A stretch of 32,000 nt of DNA from Corynebacterium amycolatum. Lineage in GTDB: Bacteria; Actinomycetota; Actinomycetes; Mycobacteriales; Mycobacteriaceae. A program made the translations under genes and the position numbers. Position 1 is the first letter of the stretch; the number at the start of each line of letters is the position of its first letter. The stretch lies in assembly GCF_049243625.1 (NCBI RefSeq), contig NZ_CP046975.1. One strand, written 5' to 3'. Of the stretch, positions 16,676 through 25,230 are shown piece by piece. The notes under the pieces were generated by a model. That model had not been told where the DNA came from. It worked only from the letters and a program-made list of their open reading frames with translations, and did no database searches.

Positions 16676-17350
16676 CTACTTCTTCACCAGCACAGTGGTT
16701 CCGGCTGCTAAGGGGAGCCGCATCACGTAAGCGTCGTCAAGCTGGAGCATGTATTCGTCGGCTTCGCGGGCAGCGACGGTGTCACGGTCAGTGCGTGACG
16801 AGTCAGCAACAGTGCCGTCGAGGAGCGCGCCGGTCAGGACGAGCGCGCCACCGGAGCGAAGCAGCGGCCAGGCCTTTTCCTGGGCGGCGCGGAGGATTGC
16901 CGGGGCGACGTCCAAGTAGACCAAGTCGTAGGAGTCGGCTGCCAGGCGATCCATGACCTCCAGTGGCTGCGAGGGCAGGAAGCGCTGTCGGTTGGGGCGG
17001 ATGCCTGCGGCTCGGAAAGCGGACTTTGCCAGAGACTGGTGCTCGAGCTCAGGGTCGATGCAGGTGAGAACGCCGTCATCGCCGAGACCGGCGGCCAGGT
17101 GCAAACCGACTACGCCTGCTGCAGGCGATGCGATGACAGCGGCGGGGTGGCCGTCGCGGCGGGCACTGGTCAGGGCCATGAGCGAGGTCAAAGCGGCGCC
17201 GGTCATCGTATCGGGGACGGCAACTCCGTATTCGCTAGCGCTCTCTCGGGCGCTTTCAAGGGCCTCGGAGACTACGGTCGTGTTGTTGACGTGCTGTGCA
17301 ATAGCGTCACGTGCGGATAGCGGGGTAGCAGAAGAACTCGTTTCGGACAC
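16676..17350 (-). CDS. Class I SAM-dependent O-methyltransferase (Rv1220c-like)
   Basis: 224 aa. A G-rich region in the SAM-binding position, then acidic DLVYLD. Conserved position divergent from sigE. Confidence 0.65.
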   Translation of the reverse strand: MSETSSSATPLSARDAIAQHVNNTTVVSEALESARESASEYGVAVPDTMTGAALTSLMALTSARRDGHPAAVIASPAAGVVGLHLAAGLGDDGVLTCIDPELEHQSLAKSAFRAAGIRPNRQRFLPSQPLEVMDRLAADSYDLVYLDVAPAILRAAQEKAWPLLRSGGALVLTGALLDGTVADSSRTDRDTVAAREADEYMLQLDDAYVMRLPLAAGTTVLVKK

Positions 17351-17508
17351 GCTCTATAGCGTAGGAAAAAACTCCGTGCAGGGCAGCGGGGCGCGCCGGT
17401 CCGTGCCGGACTAGGCGGGTAAACAAGCCTCAAATTTGTCTGGACTCTCAAACTATTTTCAGGGTAAGGTCACTACAAACCTAAGGTTGGTAAGGAACAC
17501 TGAACCTC

Positions 17509-18162
17509 ATGCCCGAACGAGTCAAGTCCGAACGAGTCAGCGCAGGCGCCAGCCGCGAGGACGCCCCGTCCGCTGACGCAACTGAGCAACTGTCCGGCAC
17601 CGCAGCTTTTGACGCAGGTGTGGGAGAGATGCCGTCGTGGTCGGAACTTGTCCAAGCCCACGCGGATAGTGTTTACGGGCTCGCATATCGGTTGACTGGT
17701 AACCAACAGGACGCGGAAGACCTGACGCAGGAGACATTCATGCGTGTGTTCCGCTCGCTGAAGTCATACCGTCCCGGCACTTTTGAAGGCTGGCTGCATC
17801 GGATTACAACTAACCTGTTTTTGGATATGGTCCGGCATCGGCAGGTGATCCGGATGGAGGCGTTGCCGGAGAACTACGACCGCGTCCCGGGCACGCTGAA
17901 GACGCCGGAGCAGGCCGTCGATGACGCGATGCTCGATCCGGATTTGGAAATCGCGCTGGCTGAGCTGCAGCCGGACTATCGCGCGGTGGTTGTCCTCTGT
18001 GATGTGGTGGGGCTGACCTACGAGGAAATTGCTAACACCCTTGGGCTCAAGATGGGCACCGTGCGTTCGCGCATTCACCGGGCACGTTCCAGCTTGCGGG
18101 CGACGTTGGAGCGTCTGGAGAGGCAGCGGCAGGAGCTGCCGGAGTCGGTCACCGCAGGCTAG
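17509..18162 (+). CDS. sigE: ECF RNA polymerase sigma factor SigE
   Basis: Region 2 ([35 protein letters not shown]) and region 4 ([25 protein letters not shown]). Followed by a ZAS anti-sigma gene and htrA. Confidence 0.85.
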   Translation: MPERVKSERVSAGASREDAPSADATEQLSGTAAFDAGVGEMPSWSELVQAHADSVYGLAYRLTGNQQDAEDLTQETFMRVFRSLKSYRPGTFEGWLHRITTNLFLDMVRHRQVIRMEALPENYDRVPGTLKTPEQAVDDAMLDPDLEIALAELQPDYRAVVVLCDVVGLTYEEIANTLGLKMGTVRSRIHRARSSLRATLERLERQRQELPESVTAG

Positions 18163-18212
18163 TTTTCCCGCACTCAATCCGTGGGAGCGGCTATTGTGGG
18201 GCTAGTTAATAG

Positions 18213-18605
18213 GTGCGATTTCTGGAGGTGCTGCAGTCTGTGATTCAGCAGGGCGATGACAAGCGTTTTTTGTCAACGGAGCATCTCGGCACCGAGGCAA
18301 TTGCCGCTTTTGTTGACGGCGAGTTGTCGGTCGTAGCTGAGCGACGTGCGCAGGCGCACCTGATGGCATGCCCGGAATGTCGCCGGGAGGTCGCGAAGCA
18401 GCGGCAGGCAGCCAAGCGTCTGCGTGATAGCGCGGCCTTGCACATTCCAGCTGAGCTGCGCGCTCGTATTGCTGATTTCGCAGGCAGCTGCGAGGACTCA
18501 GAGCCCCATAGGTCGGCGCGGCATCTCGCGCACCGTCCGCCGGAGTCGCTGAGCGCTGCGTTGGAGCAGATCGTTCGCGGTTTTCGTAAAGGTGGTAGTC
18601 ACTAG
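18213..18605 (+). CDS. cseE: Anti-sigma-E factor (ZAS family, CseE/RseA)
   Basis: HxxxCxxC motif HLMACPEC. Lies immediately downstream of sigE. Its stop overlaps the htrA GTG start (TAGTG). Confidence 0.7.
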   Translation: MRFLEVLQSVIQQGDDKRFLSTEHLGTEAIAAFVDGELSVVAERRAQAHLMACPECRREVAKQRQAAKRLRDSAALHIPAELRARIADFAGSCEDSEPHRSARHLAHRPPESLSAALEQIVRGFRKGGSH

Positions 18606-19924
18606 TGGGCAAACATCGCGATTTCGATGATTCCGCGTTTGCCCCGGACGCCGATCGTGCCGCCGCAACTGGCGGGTTACAGCGTGCGCCAGGGCATAAG
18701 CTTGACGACGACACCAGCGCCACTACTAGAGAGTATTCGCCGTGGCAGGATTCGTCGTCACGCATGACGACGGGGCGTCCAGCCCGCAAACCCGAAGCGA
18801 AGAAGAAACCTCGCCCGAAGATGGCCCCCCGCGTCAGCGCGCGGGAAGTGATTTTTGGCCGTGAGGTGCCGTGGCGTGTGATTGCGGCGTCGTCGGCCGT
18901 GGTGCTGCTGATTGGCGGTGTTGGTGGCTTTGTCGGCGGTTGGGCTGGTAAGACTTTCCGCTCGGACTACCAGCGTGTGGAGTTGCAACAGGTCGAGGGG
19001 CGACCGGGCAACGGCGATTTGACCGAAATCGGCAAGGTGGCGGAGACTCTTCGTCCCGCGGTGGTGTCGATTGCGGTCAGTGCCGGTGAGGTTTCGGGCG
19101 TGGGCTCGGGGTTTGTCATTGATGGTGACGGTCATATTTTGACGAATAACCATGTCGTTTCGGCAGTGGCGGACCGGCAGGATATGCAGGTCTCGGTAAC
19201 GTTTTGGGACGGTGGCAAGCTGAAAGAGGTGCCGGCCAAGATCATTGGCCGCGACCCGAAGACCGACCTCGCCGTAATTAAGGTCGAAGACGTTGCGGGG
19301 CTGACCGTGGCGCAGCTTGGTGATTCCAATGCGGTTGCGGTCGGTGACACGGTGATTGCGATGGGGTCGCCGCAGGGGCTGGGCGGAACGGTGACTTCGG
19401 GCATTGTCTCGGCGCTTAATCGGCCGGTGCGCCTGGCTGCTGAGGGGACTGATACGGATGGCTACGCCGATGCGATTCAGACCGATGCCTCCATCAACCC
19501 GGGTAACTCGGGTGGTCCACTGGTGGATATCCGCGGTGCCATTATTGGTATTAATACAGTGATTTTCAGTAGCTCGGGTGGCTCACAGGGGTTGGGCTTT
19601 GCGATCCCGATCAATTCAGCCGTTGCCATCGCTGAGCAGCTCATTGCCGGTGAGAAGCCGGTTCATCCGGGGATCGGCGTGACAGCGCGCACGGTTTCCA
19701 ATGGCGCACTGACTGGTGCCGAGATTGCCAGCATCCTGCCGGGAGGTGTCGCTGATCGGGAAGGCCTGCAGGAAGGCGACGTGATTACGGCTGTGGGGGA
19801 CCGCGCGGTATCGTCCGCAGATGAGCTCACGGTGGCACTGTGGACTGTTGGCGCTGGTAATGAGGCGGTATTGAAGATCGTTCGCCACGGAGCCGAGCTG
19901 GAGGCGAAGATCACGCCGGAGTAG
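18605..19924 (+). CDS. htrA: HtrA/DegP-family membrane-anchored serine protease with PDZ domain
   Basis: Catalytic motifs TNNHVV, D-LAVIKV and GNSGGPL. A TM segment (VIAASSAVVLLIGGVGGFVGGWAG) and a C-terminal PDZ-like region. Confidence 0.85.
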   Translation: MGKHRDFDDSAFAPDADRAAATGGLQRAPGHKLDDDTSATTREYSPWQDSSSRMTTGRPARKPEAKKKPRPKMAPRVSAREVIFGREVPWRVIAASSAVVLLIGGVGGFVGGWAGKTFRSDYQRVELQQVEGRPGNGDLTEIGKVAETLRPAVVSIAVSAGEVSGVGSGFVIDGDGHILTNNHVVSAVADRQDMQVSVTFWDGGKLKEVPAKIIGRDPKTDLAVIKVEDVAGLTVAQLGDSNAVAVGDTVIAMGSPQGLGGTVTSGIVSALNRPVRLAAEGTDTDGYADAIQTDASINPGNSGGPLVDIRGAIIGINTVIFSSSGGSQGLGFAIPINSAVAIAEQLIAGEKPVHPGIGVTARTVSNGALTGAEIASILPGGVADREGLQEGDVITAVGDRAVSSADELTVALWTVGAGNEAVLKIVRHGAELEAKITPE

Positions 19925-19930
19925 GGTGGC

Positions 19931-19990
19931 GCTGGTTTTGCTTGGACTTGCCTGGGGTTGGCTGGTTTCTGCGGATTTGGCGGATTTGGC
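19931..19990. repeat. About 6 degenerate, helically phased 9-10-bp repeats (SCTGGNNTTG)
   Basis: gctggttttg cttggacttg cctggggttg gctggtttct gcggatttg gcggatttg. The last two units are an exact 9-bp duplication. Confidence 0.6.
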
Positions 19991-20036
19991 CGCGCAATGC
20001 TGCATGCGAGGTGCACTGTAACTAAGGTGGTATAAC

Positions 20037-20621
20037 GTGTTTTCTAATGTTGGCTGGGGCGAGATTCTCGTCCTCTTTATCCTCGGACTAATTCTCATCG
20101 GACCTGAGCGGTTGCCGAAGGTAATTGAGGACATCCGCGCATTGCTTCTGGCTGCGCGCACCGCAATCAATGACGCACGCGATAACCTCTCGGATGAGTT
20201 CGGTGAAGACTTCGACGATCTTCGCAAGCCGCTGCAGGAGCTCAACGATCTCCGTCGTCTCAACCCGAAGACCGCCATCACCAGGACGCTTTTCGACGGC
20301 GATGACACCTACCTGGACATGCTCTCCGGTAAGCCCGCAGCGGGTGGCGGCGGAACTGGTGCAACCGGAGCTGCAGGAGCCGGTGGATCCTCTGGAGTAG
20401 CTGGTGCGGCTGGAGCAACTGGTGCCGCAGGCCAGCAGTACCAGCAATCCAACAAGAGCCAGCCAGTGCAACCGGCTCCGTCGCAGCAGCCGGTCCCGCA
20501 GTCGGCTCAGCAGCCAGGAACGTGGCAGGATCCAGTTGCCCAGGCCCGCCAACAGCAGGCACAGCAAACACCACAGCAGCCCCGTGGGGTGCAGGCCTGG
20601 GTCGACGACGACAACCTATAG
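20037..20621 (+). CDS. tatB: Twin-arginine translocase subunit TatB
   Basis: [29 protein letters not shown]-terminus. G/A/Q-rich low-complexity tail. Confidence 0.85.
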   Translation: MFSNVGWGEILVLFILGLILIGPERLPKVIEDIRALLLAARTAINDARDNLSDEFGEDFDDLRKPLQELNDLRRLNPKTAITRTLFDGDDTYLDMLSGKPAAGGGGTGATGAAGAGGSSGVAGAAGATGAAGQQYQQSNKSQPVQPAPSQQPVPQSAQQPGTWQDPVAQARQQQAQQTPQQPRGVQAWVDDDNL

Positions 20622-20643
20622 AGGTGGCAAACCGTTCCCGACC

Positions 20644-20729
20644 GCAAGTTACTGACCAGGGTTATGACACTTTGAGCACAAATTTTGCCACGAAACTGTC
20701 ATAAACCTAGTCAGTAAGTGCACGCAGCC
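20644..20729 (+). repeat. Interspersed palindromic repeat, divergent symmetric copy D
   Basis: GCAAGTTACTGACCAGGGTTATGACA-(28 nt)-TGTCATAAACCTAGTCAGTAAGTGCAC. The arms pair over about 21 positions with 2 mismatches. Shares TTATGACACTTTGA and TGTCATAAAC..AGTCAGTAA with copies A-C. Confidence 0.7.
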
Positions 20730-20837
20730 GCGTCGGTGGATACACCGCCCGCAAACCCCGGACCACCGACAACACTTACACCGCCGAAAACCCCCAAACC
20801 ACATACGCCCCAGACACTGCAGCCACAATGAGCAAAG

Positions 20838-20874
20838 GCCCCCTTCCCGGCACTGAAAATACCGGGGAGGGGGC
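20838..20874 (-). terminator. Stem-loop downstream of mrp (13-bp stem)
   Basis: GCCCCCTTCCCGG-cactgaaaata-CCGGGGAGGGGGC, 13 bp including one G-U pair. The minus-strand tail CTTTGCTC is weak. Confidence 0.45.
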
Positions 20875-20885
20875 GTCGCTATGAT

Positions 20886-20897
20886 CGTCGTAAAGCG
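20886..20897 (+). repeat. 12-mer CGTCGTAAAGCG, site 1
   Basis: Exact 12-mer 5 nt beyond the mrp stop codon. Flank: ctatgat. Confidence 0.6.
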
Positions 20898-20902
20898 AAG
20901 GA

Positions 20903-22036
20903 CTACTTCGGCGTCACGCCCAAGCCTAGCGACTTGCCTGCGAGCGACTCGCGACGAACAACCAGCTTGTCGGCGATAGCGTTCAGGGCCTCGCCCGCGC
21001 CCGAATCCGGCTTGGATAGGACAATCGGGGTGCCCTTGTCGCCACCCTCGCGGAGTTCGGTGTCCAGTGGCACCTGGCCGAGCAGCTCGACCTTTCCTCC
21101 GGTGATCTGGGTAAGACGACGGGCAACGGTCTCGCCGCCGCCTGTGCCGAAGACTTCCATCTTGGAGCCGTCGGGCATTTCCATCCAGCTCATGTTCTCA
21201 ATGACACCGGCGATCCGCTGGCGGGTCTGCAGCGAGATGGTGCCGGCACGCTCGGCAACTTCGGCGGCGGCCATCTGCGGGGTAGTAACAATCACTAGCT
21301 CAGCGTTCGGCACGAGCTGCGCCACGGAGATGGCGATGTCGCCGGTTCCCGGGGGCAGGTCGAAAAGCAGGACGTCCAAGTCGCCCCAGAACACGTCCGC
21401 GAGGAACTGCTGGATAGCGCGGTGCAGCATTGGCCCACGCCAGACAACCGGTGCGTTGTCGTCGACGAAGTGTCCGATAGAAATCAGCGACACGTCGTGT
21501 GCCTGCGGAGGCATAATCATGTCGTCGACCTGGTGCGGCTTTTCCTCGGAGCCCATCATGTGCGGGATGGAGTGGCCGTAGACATCGGCATCGAGCACAC
21601 CGACAGATAGACCCTTCGCAGCCAGCGCGGCAGCGAGGTTCACGGTCACAGAGGACTTACCAACGCCACCCTTACCGGAGGCGACGGCGAACACGCGGGT
21701 GCGGGAGTCCGGCTGGGCGAATGGGATCACCGGCTCGGAGGCGGTGCCGCGGACGGCGTTGCGGAACTCGCGGCGCTGCTCGTCATTCATCACATCGGTG
21801 GTGACGGTGACGTTGCCAACGCCCTCGATACCGTTGAGCGCATCTTCGGTGCGCTCGATGATGGTGTTTTTCATGGGGCAACCGGCGATGGTGAGGTAAA
21901 TCTCCACGGCCACGTCGTTGTTGTCCGCCACCGAGATGGACTTGACCATGCCAATCTCGGTAATCGGGCGACGTACCTCAGGATCTTCGACCTGCGCCAG
22001 GGCGGTGCGAACTTCAGCTTCAGTAATCGTAGACAT
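20903..22036 (-). CDS. mrp: Mrp/ApbC-family Fe-S cluster carrier ATPase
   Basis: N-terminal DUF59-like domain (ITEIGMV, TIAGCPMK) and deviant Walker A SGKGGVGKSS. The start is set to MSTITEAEV (ATG 22036) rather than the track start at 22087. Confidence 0.85.
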   Translation of the reverse strand: MSTITEAEVRTALAQVEDPEVRRPITEIGMVKSISVADNNDVAVEIYLTIAGCPMKNTIIERTEDALNGIEGVGNVTVTTDVMNDEQRREFRNAVRGTASEPVIPFAQPDSRTRVFAVASGKGGVGKSSVTVNLAAALAAKGLSVGVLDADVYGHSIPHMMGSEEKPHQVDDMIMPPQAHDVSLISIGHFVDDNAPVVWRGPMLHRAIQQFLADVFWGDLDVLLFDLPPGTGDIAISVAQLVPNAELVIVTTPQMAAAEVAERAGTISLQTRQRIAGVIENMSWMEMPDGSKMEVFGTGGGETVARRLTQITGGKVELLGQVPLDTELREGGDKGTPIVLSKPDSGAGEALNAIADKLVVRRESLAGKSLGLGVTPK

Positions 22037-22101
22037 TATGTAGTGAATCTTATCGTGAGACCCCGTAAGACAAAGAACTACTGACAAAATCAGCAGTTTT
22101 C

Positions 22102-22113
22102 CGCTTTACGACG
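22102..22113 (-). repeat. 12-mer CGTCGTAAAGCG, site 2 (inverted)
   Basis: The plus strand reads CGCTTTACGACG. Lies 66 nt upstream of the mrp start, in the divergent gap. Flank on the minus strand: ctgtgac. Confidence 0.6.
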
Positions 22114-22292
22114 GTCACAGCGCCCAACCCTTCCGACAAGCGCGGTGGCGGTGGAATGGGTGGTGGGCCAGACGGTGGAACAATTGGAAACTGTCAGGCG
22201 TTGTCCTTGATAGAACGCTTTTTAGCGATAGTTTTAGCAATATTTTCAGCAACTGAGTCACCAATTGCTGTGACAACAACTGCAAGGGAACG

Positions 22293-22838
22293 GTGAAAGT
22301 ACCGATGGCAAATGGGGAAGCGAACAGCGGTTGGGGGAGCGGCCGGGAACAGAGCATGAAGTCCCGGTTGCCTCAGCGGCAGGTGCCCGAGGGGTGGCCG
22401 GTGGGTAGCTTCACCAACTACGCCGATGCCCAGGCTGCGGTTGATTCGCTCAGTGATCGCGATGAGTTCCCGGTTTCCGACCTCACCATCGTCGGCGTTG
22501 ACCTGATGCAGGTGGAGCGCGTGGTAGGTCGGTTGACCTGGCCGAAAGTGCTCGGTGGTGGCGCGCTGTACGGCCTATGGATGGGCCTGTTCTTCGGCCT
22601 GATTCTGGGGCTTTTCCAGGAAGATTGGGTTAGCCCGTTGATTGTTGGCCTCGGGATGGGCGCCATCTTTGGCATCGTGCTGGCGGCAGTCCCATACGCC
22701 ATGCAAAACGGCAAGCGGGATTTCTCCACCACCACGGAGATTGTTGCTCGTCGCTACGATGTTTTGTGCAATCCCCGCAATGCCGAGCGTGCTCGCGACC
22801 TGTTGGCGCAGCGGGCTCTCGGTGGGAACCGCGGGTAG
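22293..22838 (+). CDS. Membrane protein with a general-stress-protein-17M-like N-terminal domain
   Basis: Soluble N-terminal domain (FTNYADAQAAVDSLSDRDEFPVSDLTIVGVDL) followed by two or three G-rich TM segments. The start is uncertain (22293 GTG, 22305 ATG or 22356 ATG). Confidence 0.6.
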   Translation: MKVPMANGEANSGWGSGREQSMKSRLPQRQVPEGWPVGSFTNYADAQAAVDSLSDRDEFPVSDLTIVGVDLMQVERVVGRLTWPKVLGGGALYGLWMGLFFGLILGLFQEDWVSPLIVGLGMGAIFGIVLAAVPYAMQNGKRDFSTTTEIVARRYDVLCNPRNAERARDLLAQRALGGNRG

Positions 22839-22849
22839 GTTGTTGTACT

Positions 22850-22861
22850 CGTCGTAAAGCG
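22850..22861 (+). repeat. 12-mer CGTCGTAAAGCG, site 3
   Basis: Exact 12-mer 11 nt after the membrane-protein stop and 20 nt from the corA stop. Flank: ttgtact. Confidence 0.6.
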
Positions 22862-22881
22862 TTGCCTGCCAGAAGCGGAAA

Positions 22882-24105
22882 CTACAGCCACTTGTTGCGG
22901 CGCAGGAGCCACACCAAAAACGCCACAATGGCGAACATGATGGCGAGGACGATGAAGTACCCGTACTCCCAGTGCAGTTCGGGCATGCGGTCGAAGTTCA
23001 TGCCGTAGATACCGGCCAGGGCGGTTGGCACGGCGAGAATAGCCGCGTATGCCGAGATAGTACGCATGTCCTGGTTCTGCTGCAGCTGGATCTTCACTGC
23101 GGCGGCGTCGATGAGGGAGGAGAGGCGTTCGTCGAGTCCGGCTACGAGGTCCGCCGCGGCGAGCTGGTGGTCGAGAACATCGGAAAGATAACGGCTGACG
23201 TCCTTCGGCATGATGTCTTCTCGCAGATTCATCAGGGAGCGCAGCGCCGGCGTCAGCGGATCGATTGCGTGGCGCATCTCCAGGATTTCTCGTTTGAGGA
23301 TGTAAATGTCCTCAATATCCGACACCAAATTCGGCTCGAAGACGGCATCTTCCATAATCTCCACGCGATCTTCCAGCTGCAACGCAATGCGCAGGTACGC
23401 ATCGACGAGGTTGTCCGTCAGCGCCCACAGCACGCCCGCGGGACCGTAGTCGATGGCGTCGGTGGTGTTTTCCACACGCGCGCTAATGCGCTGCATATCC
23501 GAGCTCGGCATGCCCATGCGAATGGTGATGACGTACTCCTGGCCGATAACAATCATCAGCTGGCCAGAACGAATGATCTCATTTTCGTCGTCCGCGAGAC
23601 CTTCCGGGGAGTAGTGAATCGAGCGAATCACAAAAACCACGTGATCATCGTGGATTTCAATCTTGGGGCGCTGGCGGTTAGTCAGTGCATCCTCCACCGT
23701 CAGCTCATCCAGCCCGTAAAGCTCAGCGATGGCGTCCATCTGTGTCGCGTTGGGGCGCGACAATGACAGCCACGTGAAGCCCTCGCCAAAATTACGCACC
23801 TCGGACAGACCGGAGAAGTGGTCGTAGGTGCCCGGCAAACGCTTGCCGCCGATGTAGACGCCGCAATCGCGCAGGGCATCGCGCACCGCCTCCGACTGCG
23901 TTTCTCCCACGCTTGACGACGATCCGTTGGTGCGCGTCACCTTCGAGACAGCTGACATTGCTGCGGATTTAGCTGCATTCGTTGCCCGAGCAGTTTTGCC
24001 GGGTTTTGCTGTGGCCGACGGCGTTTGGCTTTTACTGACCGAGTTAGTTCGCGGATTGCGAGCCTTTGACGAAGCGCTGTTGTTGCGGCTTTTCTCATCG
24101 CCCAT
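22882..24105 (-). CDS. corA: CorA-family magnesium/cobalt transporter
   Basis: C-terminal YGMNF motif with two TM helices (AILAVPTALAGIYGMNF...FIVLAIMFAIVAFLVWLL). The start is set at MGDEKSR (ATG 24105, GAGGT RBS). The track ORF runs a further 162 codons upstream across the neighbouring gene. Confidence 0.8.
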   Translation of the reverse strand: MGDEKSRNNSASSKARNPRTNSVSKSQTPSATAKPGKTARATNAAKSAAMSAVSKVTRTNGSSSSVGETQSEAVRDALRDCGVYIGGKRLPGTYDHFSGLSEVRNFGEGFTWLSLSRPNATQMDAIAELYGLDELTVEDALTNRQRPKIEIHDDHVVFVIRSIHYSPEGLADDENEIIRSGQLMIVIGQEYVITIRMGMPSSDMQRISARVENTTDAIDYGPAGVLWALTDNLVDAYLRIALQLEDRVEIMEDAVFEPNLVSDIEDIYILKREILEMRHAIDPLTPALRSLMNLREDIMPKDVSRYLSDVLDHQLAAADLVAGLDERLSSLIDAAAVKIQLQQNQDMRTISAYAAILAVPTALAGIYGMNFDRMPELHWEYGYFIVLAIMFAIVAFLVWLLRRNKWL

Positions 24106-24199
24106 TCTGGGTGACCTCACAATCCGTTCGTAGGTTACGCTGGTGTCGATGATTAATTTTAGACGTGCGAACGCCGGGTTCCACTTTCGCATCCGCTCA

Positions 24200-24904
24200 A
24201 TGGGGTGCAAGGGGAGCTCCAAGGCTACTGCGTGCACTTTTACCGCCCTGGCATTGGTCGCTGGGGCAGCGGGGTTCGGTCTTGCCGCATGTTCTGATTT
24301 AGATCCGCAGATGCCCGTTCCTCCCGAACAGGAGGCGGTAGTGACTGTCGGGGCAGACCTACGCAACCCCGAGCAGGCAGCTCTTGCGTACCTGTATGCG
24401 CAAAGCTTTGAGAGGATAGGGCGGCAAGCGGAGGTCATCGGCATTCGCGATGCTGATGACCGGTTGCGGGCCGTACGCAATGAAGCAGTCCTGGTCTCTT
24501 TCGGATGCACAGGTGAGCTGCTCGGCCTGAGCGATTCCGCGTCCGCGGCTTCGCTGGCTGAGGAGTACGCCGACGACTCCACCCCGCACAAGCAATTCAG
24601 CGGCGAGTGGCGAGACCGTGTTTACGACGCATTTTCGCGGTCGTTGCCGGGTGAAGTTATGGCCACCGACGCGGGCATGGCGCAGGGGTGCACGGATGTG
24701 CCAGCTGACAATGCTGGGGCTGACTTGCCGCAATGGCTTGTGCCTTTCTACGTCAAGCCAGCGTTGGACCGGAGCGATCGAGTCCGAGTGCTCAATGAGA
24801 TTGCTGGTTCGCTGAGCACTGAGGACTTAAAGCTGATGACCCGGGCTGTGGCTGGTGGCGCCAGCCCTGAGTTGGTCGCTCAGGAGTGGCTGGATAAGGC
24901 GTAG
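24200..24904 (+). CDS. Putative secreted lipoprotein of unknown function
   Basis: Signal peptide plus lipobox: MGCKGSSKATACTFTALALVAGAAGFGLAAC|SD. The start is chosen at ATG 24200 so that it does not overlap corA. Confidence 0.5.
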   Translation: MGCKGSSKATACTFTALALVAGAAGFGLAACSDLDPQMPVPPEQEAVVTVGADLRNPEQAALAYLYAQSFERIGRQAEVIGIRDADDRLRAVRNEAVLVSFGCTGELLGLSDSASAASLAEEYADDSTPHKQFSGEWRDRVYDAFSRSLPGEVMATDAGMAQGCTDVPADNAGADLPQWLVPFYVKPALDRSDRVRVLNEIAGSLSTEDLKLMTRAVAGGASPELVAQEWLDKA

Positions 24905-24990
24905 CCGGGGCGGCGGGGCTAGTTGCGGCGGTATCTGACGCGTATCCGCTGTTGGCTGCTGCTGTGTTTGTCTATTCGCCCTTGAATGCC

Positions 24991-25080
24991 GGCTGCAAAT
25001 GTGAAACTGTGCGAGTTTATGACATTTTCATGCCATTTTTCAGGTCATTTTGTCATAAACGCAGTCAGTAACTCGCATTG
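24991..25080 (+). repeat. Interspersed imperfect-palindromic repeat, copy C
   Basis: ggctgcaaATGTGAAACTGTGCGAGTTTATGACA...TGTCATAAACGCAGTCAGTAACTCGCATTG. Arms identical to copy A. The centre differs by several substitutions and indels. Confidence 0.85.
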
Positions 25081-25186
25081 AGGACTAAGTAGTAAATGGT
25101 GCCGACCCGGTAACACGCCGACCGGACACGCATTCTGTCTATTAACCCTTATCTACTGTGCGTCTGACAATTGCTAGACAACGACT

Positions 25187-25218
25187 AAGGGGCTCCAACC
25201 GAGTGGTTGGAGCCCCTT
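25187..25218. terminator. Perfect 14-bp hairpin between the convergent lipoprotein gene and odhA
   Basis: AAGGGGCTCCAACC-gagt-GGTTGGAGCCCCTT. No clear U tract on either strand, so possibly a bidirectional I-shaped terminator. Confidence 0.5.
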
Positions 25219-25230
25219 AGCGTTTGATCA

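Noticed and set aside
20730-20837. 6C-type sRNA
   Set aside because: Only one hairpin with a C-rich loop is present. The characteristic pair of C-loop hairpins and the terminator are missing. I kept it only as a rut-like tract.
22972-23766. 264-aa plus-strand ORF
   Set aside because: It is antisense to corA, so a shadow ORF.
24106-24591. Upstream 162 codons of the track's 569-aa corA ORF
   Set aside because: This stretch overlaps the plus-strand lipoprotein gene and is R/S/A/C-rich nonsense. A good RBS plus ATG at 24105 gives a normal-length CorA.
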